Positions 59,801 to 64,000 of a stretch of DNA of 64,000 nucleotides are shown piece after piece; position 1 is the first letter of the stretch, and each line of letters opens with the position of its first letter. This DNA comes from an uncultured Gammaproteobacteria bacterium (GTDB lineage: Bacteria; Patescibacteriota; Patescibacteriia; CAYZDG01): the NCBI GenBank assembly GCA_964536515.1, contig CAZHXI010000001.1, forward strand, positions 31,480 to 95,479, in the 5' to 3' direction. The translations under genes and the position numbers were made by a program. The notes beneath the pieces are model-generated. The model did no database searches. It was not told the DNA's origin and saw only the letters and a list, made by a program, of their open reading frames with translations.

Positions 59801-61873
59801 AGCTACTGCTACTCCGCTACCGGCACGACCCACACCATCAACCTGCTGGCTTTCGACGGAGGCTACTCGGTACCGGCTACGGCGAACCTCGGCACGAGGC
59901 CCGGCTGGGAGGCCATGGGTGGGCCAACTTCGACGGTATGGCTATCGGATACGTCGGCTCGTCTGACATGGGCTGACCCCGCGCCCGCCCGTAGCCGCTA
60001 CGAGGTGCGGGTTTGGACTACCGCGCCTTCTCCCGTAGCGATCTTCAGCGCCACCACGACCGACGACGCCACGAGTATAGATCTCACCGGACTGGTGGCA
60101 GGTACCAACTACAACGTAACCGTGCGGCCGTTACGGTTGCCCATTGATTTGCCCGGGTGCTCCGCGCCGATTTACGGGAGCAGGGTTAGCTTCGCCTACC
60201 GTCAGCCGATTGTGGATATAGAAGTCTACGTGCAGGATACACCGGCAAGTTCGCCGCAGATATTTGAACTCGATGGGGGCGGAGTATTGCTGGGCGACGC
60301 TCTCTCGTTCCCATTACGTATCAAGAATAACGGCGACCCGATCGTCATCGGTGGATTCAGCTCAGAGATTACCGGCGGCGGAGTTCCGGGTGGCATTAGC
60401 CTCTCGACCAGCTGGCCAGTTACCGACTGCGGGGGTGGGGTGTTCGGCTTCTGTGGCGGAGCTACTTGGAACACCAACGTTCAGCTCGGCGTTTCTGGGA
60501 TGACTGGACCAGAGCTCGAGGTACGCGTTCAACTTGAGACTGGGGTGTACGGGCGGGTACTAGATTTCCCCATTCGGATGGTCGCACTTAGTAGCGACCC
60601 GGCAACCGATCAGGAAATATTTGTTACCGCAGCTGGGCATATCGGCGACTTCGGAAATAGCCAGGCACAGGCAGAGCAGGTCTCAAATGATTTCTGCATG
60701 GCGGACACCCGACGGAACCCCCTCAAGAGCTACAGGGCGTTGCTCTGGTACAGCAATAGCCCGTTGCCGGGAGTTCTGAGCCCGGGGACTCTGTATTTCA
60801 ATCGGTCGGGTGAGTTTGTATTCGGTACACGGCCGTCTGACGTTACCCCGCCCTATACCGCCCACCGACCCATATGGGGTGTGAGCCCGAGCGTCTGGTC
60901 TGGGCGAGGCATTGGAGGCGAAGCCTATAACTGTAGCGAATGGACCGGCAATGGTATGGCTACCGGTGCGACAGTCAACCCCAGCAGTTTGGGTCAGTGG
61001 AGCTTGGGCAGCGGCGCCAGTGTATGCTTTACAAATTCGAAGCCAATTTACTGCGTTTCCTACCCGACTACCAGCGTAACCGTGAGTCCCCTTACCCATG
61101 ATTTTGGATTCGTTCAGTTCAGTTCACCTGCGGCCACGCAGCAGGTGGTTATAACGAATACCGGATCGTCAAATGTTACGCTGACGAGCGTCAGCATTGT
61201 CGGCGGAGGGGGGGATTTCTCCCTCGTATCGCCCGTAGCGCTCGGCAGCTTCTCTTCGGGCCAAACGAGGACAGCTAATGTGCAGTACGATCCTGCGGGC
61301 ACACCTGGTTCGAATACGGCAACTCTAAGAATCGTGACTACGGAGGCCGGCACCATCGACGTTGCTCTGTCGGGTCACGGAATTCAGACGTTGAAGCGAA
61401 TTGCATTGGTGAATCCCCCCAACAATGGAGGTTTCCTTGCAGTCGGCGTCGGTACCCCCGAGCAGCGAGCTGATGCAATTTGTCAGGCGGATCCGTTGAT
61501 CGCGAGTTTGGGTGGAACTTGGAAGGCCCTGCTGAAGGCGAGCGACGCTTTCGTGGGAACTGCGTTGCACGGCGGCGTTACCTATGCCTCAGCTACCAAT
61601 CCGGGGTCGGTGCTATTCACGGCTGCCACGGATAACGATGTGAGCCAGCCTATGATATCCCCGTTAACTGGGAGCACGACTTACGTCTGGACTGGCGACT
61701 ACGATTTCGTAGGTGACTGCAATGCTTGGACCAGCAACAACGCTGGTAGCGGTGGAGCTGGGCGAGCCTGGACAGCTGCCTGGACACCCGCCGATCAGTT
61801 GCGTTGGTTTTCAGGAGGACTAGGGATAGCCTGCTACGGCTCAGTTCAAAAAATATACTGCGTGGAGCAGTAG
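56882..61873 (+). CDS. Giant (~1660 aa) surface adhesin-like protein with FN3, ASH/PapD-like (choice-of-anchor-type) Ig domains and an internally duplicated Cys-containing C-terminal module
   Basis: Signal-anchor MMPSLRSWLTVRTGIAVASAAALALGTWLVG. FN3 (LSWTPGTTGQTGYAVYNGG…YTFRVRPL). ASH-like (…LAFGNVVKDANSATQTVTVRNTGGVVLTGI… and …FGFVQFSSPAATQQVVITNTGSSNVTLTSV…). Duplicated ~130 aa modules ending …KPIYCVSYP and …QKIYCVEQ. The track start at 56771 lies inside the palindromic repeat. Confidence 0.65.
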   Translation: MMPSLRSWLTVRTGIAVASAAALALGTWLVGSQIGVQANPSVNGVCDGADRCLEPTEVSTFLGRAIESDPDQAVGKHEWDFTGTGTYGNVVTCVGAACRQSCNDLAHPLWQDCSATDYSYSSEAFFASTNERQVTVGMRGVDTEGAAGVAQTRKVGVAIAYVGPDRGSSNLAVSGVGAGSFTVTWRDVTDVPGSAYTLHVDNLDDGTGDTIPVTNDKAIGDAYSVAYTADPSTDYLVWVVVYYPTPTGSIVRQNLPPSDPIVGVPVTTPANGLPTLTIQRQPGNVPPAAAAPHYQLLRQAGNVLTLNITVADPDGDQLAELRIDGLASLPGATFSGFSTPTPGPVTRTMTWNLNMAPPPSGDYSINVVARDVVGGTASRAVVIRLNSNPDAPTSLQVNTNDATSGLASGDPSPVAQVIDDNLADQNLKFTYRHADPDGDAAANYRIQVDTDSAFASPQTWDSGSQSLAVANGTRSANVTYTGPALAYSTDYWWRVQVGDGNGNLSSYGAGRFRLRPTNYAPVLDPIGNRSVDVGATLTFTMTAFDQDVADGIQTLSYLAQGGLPSPRMALNPLTGAFTFTPSSADLPPASPYTVTLCARDSFTPTPAQDCETITITVNLNLAAPTGLSVSFTSPTAGTATWTHSAPGEDGFQLDQTAPVSTPNILSVAANVTSGSFTFNQCGSTSTVGFQVRAFVDTGVRQFSAAASGSASRPGFATPTGLSVAATGNTTARLSWTPGTTGQTGYAVYNGGTRLADAPAAATSYDFSGLTPASSYTFRVRPLVGITGCLPGNEALGATASVAWTQPNPALTVTPSSLAFGNVVKDANSATQTVTVRNTGGVVLTGITAAIAGADAGQFSLLNTPPASLALNATWDAQVQFRPTSYGAKSAQLQIAAPSFGLSSNVALTGTGVPTAPVITSASWDANEPSRYSLAWTWGPGDPDDFSIQMPLGTEQFRLTLGNQRARNNQLLTSSYCYSATGTTHTINLLAFDGGYSVPATANLGTRPGWEAMGGPTSTVWLSDTSARLTWADPAPARSRYEVRVWTTAPSPVAIFSATTTDDATSIDLTGLVAGTNYNVTVRPLRLPIDLPGCSAPIYGSRVSFAYRQPIVDIEVYVQDTPASSPQIFELDGGGVLLGDALSFPLRIKNNGDPIVIGGFSSEITGGGVPGGISLSTSWPVTDCGGGVFGFCGGATWNTNVQLGVSGMTGPELEVRVQLETGVYGRVLDFPIRMVALSSDPATDQEIFVTAAGHIGDFGNSQAQAEQVSNDFCMADTRRNPLKSYRALLWYSNSPLPGVLSPGTLYFNRSGEFVFGTRPSDVTPPYTAHRPIWGVSPSVWSGRGIGGEAYNCSEWTGNGMATGATVNPSSLGQWSLGSGASVCFTNSKPIYCVSYPTTSVTVSPLTHDFGFVQFSSPAATQQVVITNTGSSNVTLTSVSIVGGGGDFSLVSPVALGSFSSGQTRTANVQYDPAGTPGSNTATLRIVTTEAGTIDVALSGHGIQTLKRIALVNPPNNGGFLAVGVGTPEQRADAICQADPLIASLGGTWKALLKASDAFVGTALHGGVTYASATNPGSVLFTAATDNDVSQPMISPLTGSTTYVWTGDYDFVGDCNAWTSNNAGSGGAGRAWTAAWTPADQLRWFSGGLGIACYGSVQKIYCVEQ

Positions 61874-61895
61874 CAGCCTGTACACTTAATCACCA

Positions 61896-64000
61896 TGCGC
61901 CGTTCGTCCATCGCCACCGCAATCGCCCTCGCCCTGCTGGTGCCGGGCGTTGCCCTGGCGCAGGATGCCAACTTCGGCCTGGACCAGCTGAGCAGCATCG
62001 AGATCGGCCGGCAGTCGCTGGTCGAGACAATTTCCGACATCGTCAACGTGGTGCTGGGCATACTCGGCATCGTGGCGTTCATCATCATCCTGTACGGCGG
62101 CTTCCTGTGGATGACCTCGAAGGGCGATGAGAAGATCATCGCCAAGGCTAAGAAGGTCATCATCGACGGCGCCATTGGCCTGGCCATCATTCTCGCCTCG
62201 TGGGCGATCGCCGCGTTCGTGCTCAACCTGCTGGGGCGGGGGACCGGCGTCGGGGGTAACGGCGACGGCGGCCCCGACGATGACGGCGGCAATACGTCTA
62301 CCTTCCGCTACCTAATGTGGACCGACCGTTCGCCGGACCCCAGCGATCCAGCCGCACCAAGGAACAGCCTGGCGGTGGTTACATTCAACCAGGATCTAGA
62401 CTGCACATCGGTTACGTCCGATTCGGTGGTACTGACCGGCCCCTCCGGCGTAGTCAGCAACGTGCACCTGCGCTGCAGCGGCCGCAGCATCACCATCCGT
62501 TCCGGCACGCCCTGCCCGGCGCCGCTGGACCGCGAGCCCGTGCCCACGGCGCAGCCCAACGTCTGCGGCAGCACGCCGCCCATTGCCCAGTGCCTGCGCC
62601 CCACGGCCTACTCCACCACGCCGCCGGCCGAGAGCTGCCAGCCGCTGGACCCCGCCGGGGCAACGGTGGCCCAGTGCCCCGGCCTGCGCAGCTGCGGCTG
62701 CTACGCCGCCGGCACCTACACGCTGCTGCTGAGGGGCGGGGCCAGGAGCGCGCTCAACCCGAACGTGCTGGAGGGTACCGACAGCCGCCGCCGCTTCATG
62801 CAGGCCGATGTGAGCTGGGACTTCGCCCTCTCCAATGAGCTAGACACCGAGGCGCCGCGCATCGAGAGCGTAACCCCGGCGCCAGACACGACGCAGCCGC
62901 GGAACATGAACGTTACCGTGCGCTTCACCCGTCCCATCGATCCGGCGACGGTCAACGATACGACGCTGCGCATTACCCAGGACGGCAGCCCCGTGCCGGG
63001 CCGCATCGTCGGCCTAACCACCCGCAGCGTCCGCTGGAAGCCGACCGGGGTGTGCGGCGGGGGAGCGCCGGCAAGCTGCGGCTGCTTCAACCCCAACGCC
63101 GATATTCGCGTGGAGGTGCACGACGGGCCCGACGGCATCCGCGGCGCCAGCTGCCTGGGGCTCGATACGTCCACGGGCCCCGCGGGCATGACGTGCACGG
63201 CCGGAGACATGTGCCGCTACAATTTCCGTACCAACGGCAGCGTCGACCTAGAGGCGCCCACGCTCAACCGAACCCAGCTCTACCCATCCGAGGGCGCCAC
63301 CGACGTAGACCGAGCCCTGCAGGTCGGCGCGCTGTGGCCCGGCCGGGTGCTCGCCACCCTCGACGATAGCAGCGGCATTGCCCTGGATACCGTGGACTAC
63401 ACCACCTACCTAATGTCCAACGATGTGCCGACCCGACAGGTGAGCGTCGGTGCCGTTACGCCAGATCGAGCTCAGTTCGGGCTGCTGCCCGGCACCGAGG
63501 TGCTGGCGCCCAGCCGTACCTACCTGCCCAGCCTGTACGGCCGCGGCGGCCTGTGCAGCGACGACGTGATGGGCATTACCGATAACGCGGGCAACGCCCT
63601 GGCGGGCCGGGTACGTTGGCAGTTCCGCACCGGCGAGAGCGTGAATGCTGGGGCGCCGCTCATCACCCGCGTCAGCCCCAACACCGGGCCGCACGGCCAG
63701 TGCGTCACCATCTTGGGTTACAACCTGGGCTGCTACAGCGGCGCGGGAGACGGCCCGGCCCAGGCGGGCCAGTGGACCGGCACGCAGTGTCAAACCGCCG
63801 CCGCAGCGGGGGAGGTAAAGGTTACCGATAGCTCGGGCAACCTGGTTACGGTGCCGGCCGGCGACATCCTATCGTGGGACGAGGTAGATCGGCCCGAGCC
63901 GTGCACGCCCGGCTCGAACTGCCCCAGCAGCTGCCAGGCAAGCACCTGCGCCGGCTCCTGCGGCAGCTGCGCCCTGGTGCCGAGCCCAGCGGCAGATAGC
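61896..64000 (+). CDS. Second VirB2/TrbC-pilin-like N-terminal module fused to a large Cys-rich Ig-like (Big/IPT-type) ectodomain; 3'-truncated by window edge
   Basis: MRRSSIATAIALALLVPGVALA signal. IVAFIIILYGGFLWMTSKGDEKIIAKAKKVIIDGAIGLAIILASWAIAAFVL, paralogous to residues ~95-150 of the 24280 ORF. Frame stays open to position 64000. Not in the ORF track because no stop lies in the window. Confidence 0.6.

Overview
This is a high-GC bacterial chromosomal window, roughly two-thirds G+C by eye, with short AT-rich promoter islands. It is gene-dense, with compact housekeeping operons. These are rsmA; the efp, rpsR, ssb, rpsF block; recG; sodA; hup; parAB; rel; topA; dprA; mfd; dsbA-like; pth; der; LCP; lepB; hisS; rpsU-yqeY; and four tRNAs. 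They are interleaved with large accessory loci. The dominant accessory system is a two-part, type-IV-secretion-like locus with no relaxase and no VirD4 (1) Positions 2201..14340 carry a Ca-binding TSP3-repeat protein, a 2552-aa Cys-repeat giant surface protein with CBM-like and PKD-like modules, a VirB6/TrbL-like polytopic membrane protein with a long charged tail, and an acidic protein. (2) Positions 16604..25365 carry a methyltransferase, a Pro-rich protein, a PrgI/VirB3-like small membrane protein, a possible split VirB4-like ATPase (224 aa + 637 aa, overlapping out of frame), membrane proteins, a TolB-like beta-propeller, and a VirB2/TrbC-pilin-like module fused to an M15 peptidoglycan peptidase. 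A second pilin-like large protein (61896..>64000) follows a 1700-aa FN3/ASH-domain adhesin (56882..61873). A reduced Gram-positive-like or CPR/Patescibacteria-like organism is an inference from gene content only. Beyond the genes, I found five copies of a 28-34 nt palindromic repeat family (GTAGAGACG-loop-CGTCTCTAC), one inserted in frame inside a CDS. Two conserved promoter families drive the secretion-locus genes as near-leaderless mRNAs (TTCGTGGTATAATTTTT and GGTGGTATCATTGAC). Three promoters have a TTGACA-[GC palindrome spacer]-TAnnnT architecture, and two of these sit in front of a tandem pair of diverged low-GC paralogous small genes next to rel. There are heptameric direct-repeat arrays (NNAGGAC/AGAAC) between parA and parB and again upstream of rel. 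A TIR-bounded structured element lies upstream of dprA. A small basic 56-aa ORF with its own SD and terminator precedes an AT-rich-promoter membrane-protein gene. Several low-GC hypothetical genes each sit behind very AT-rich promoters. No CRISPR array, transposase or integrase was seen.
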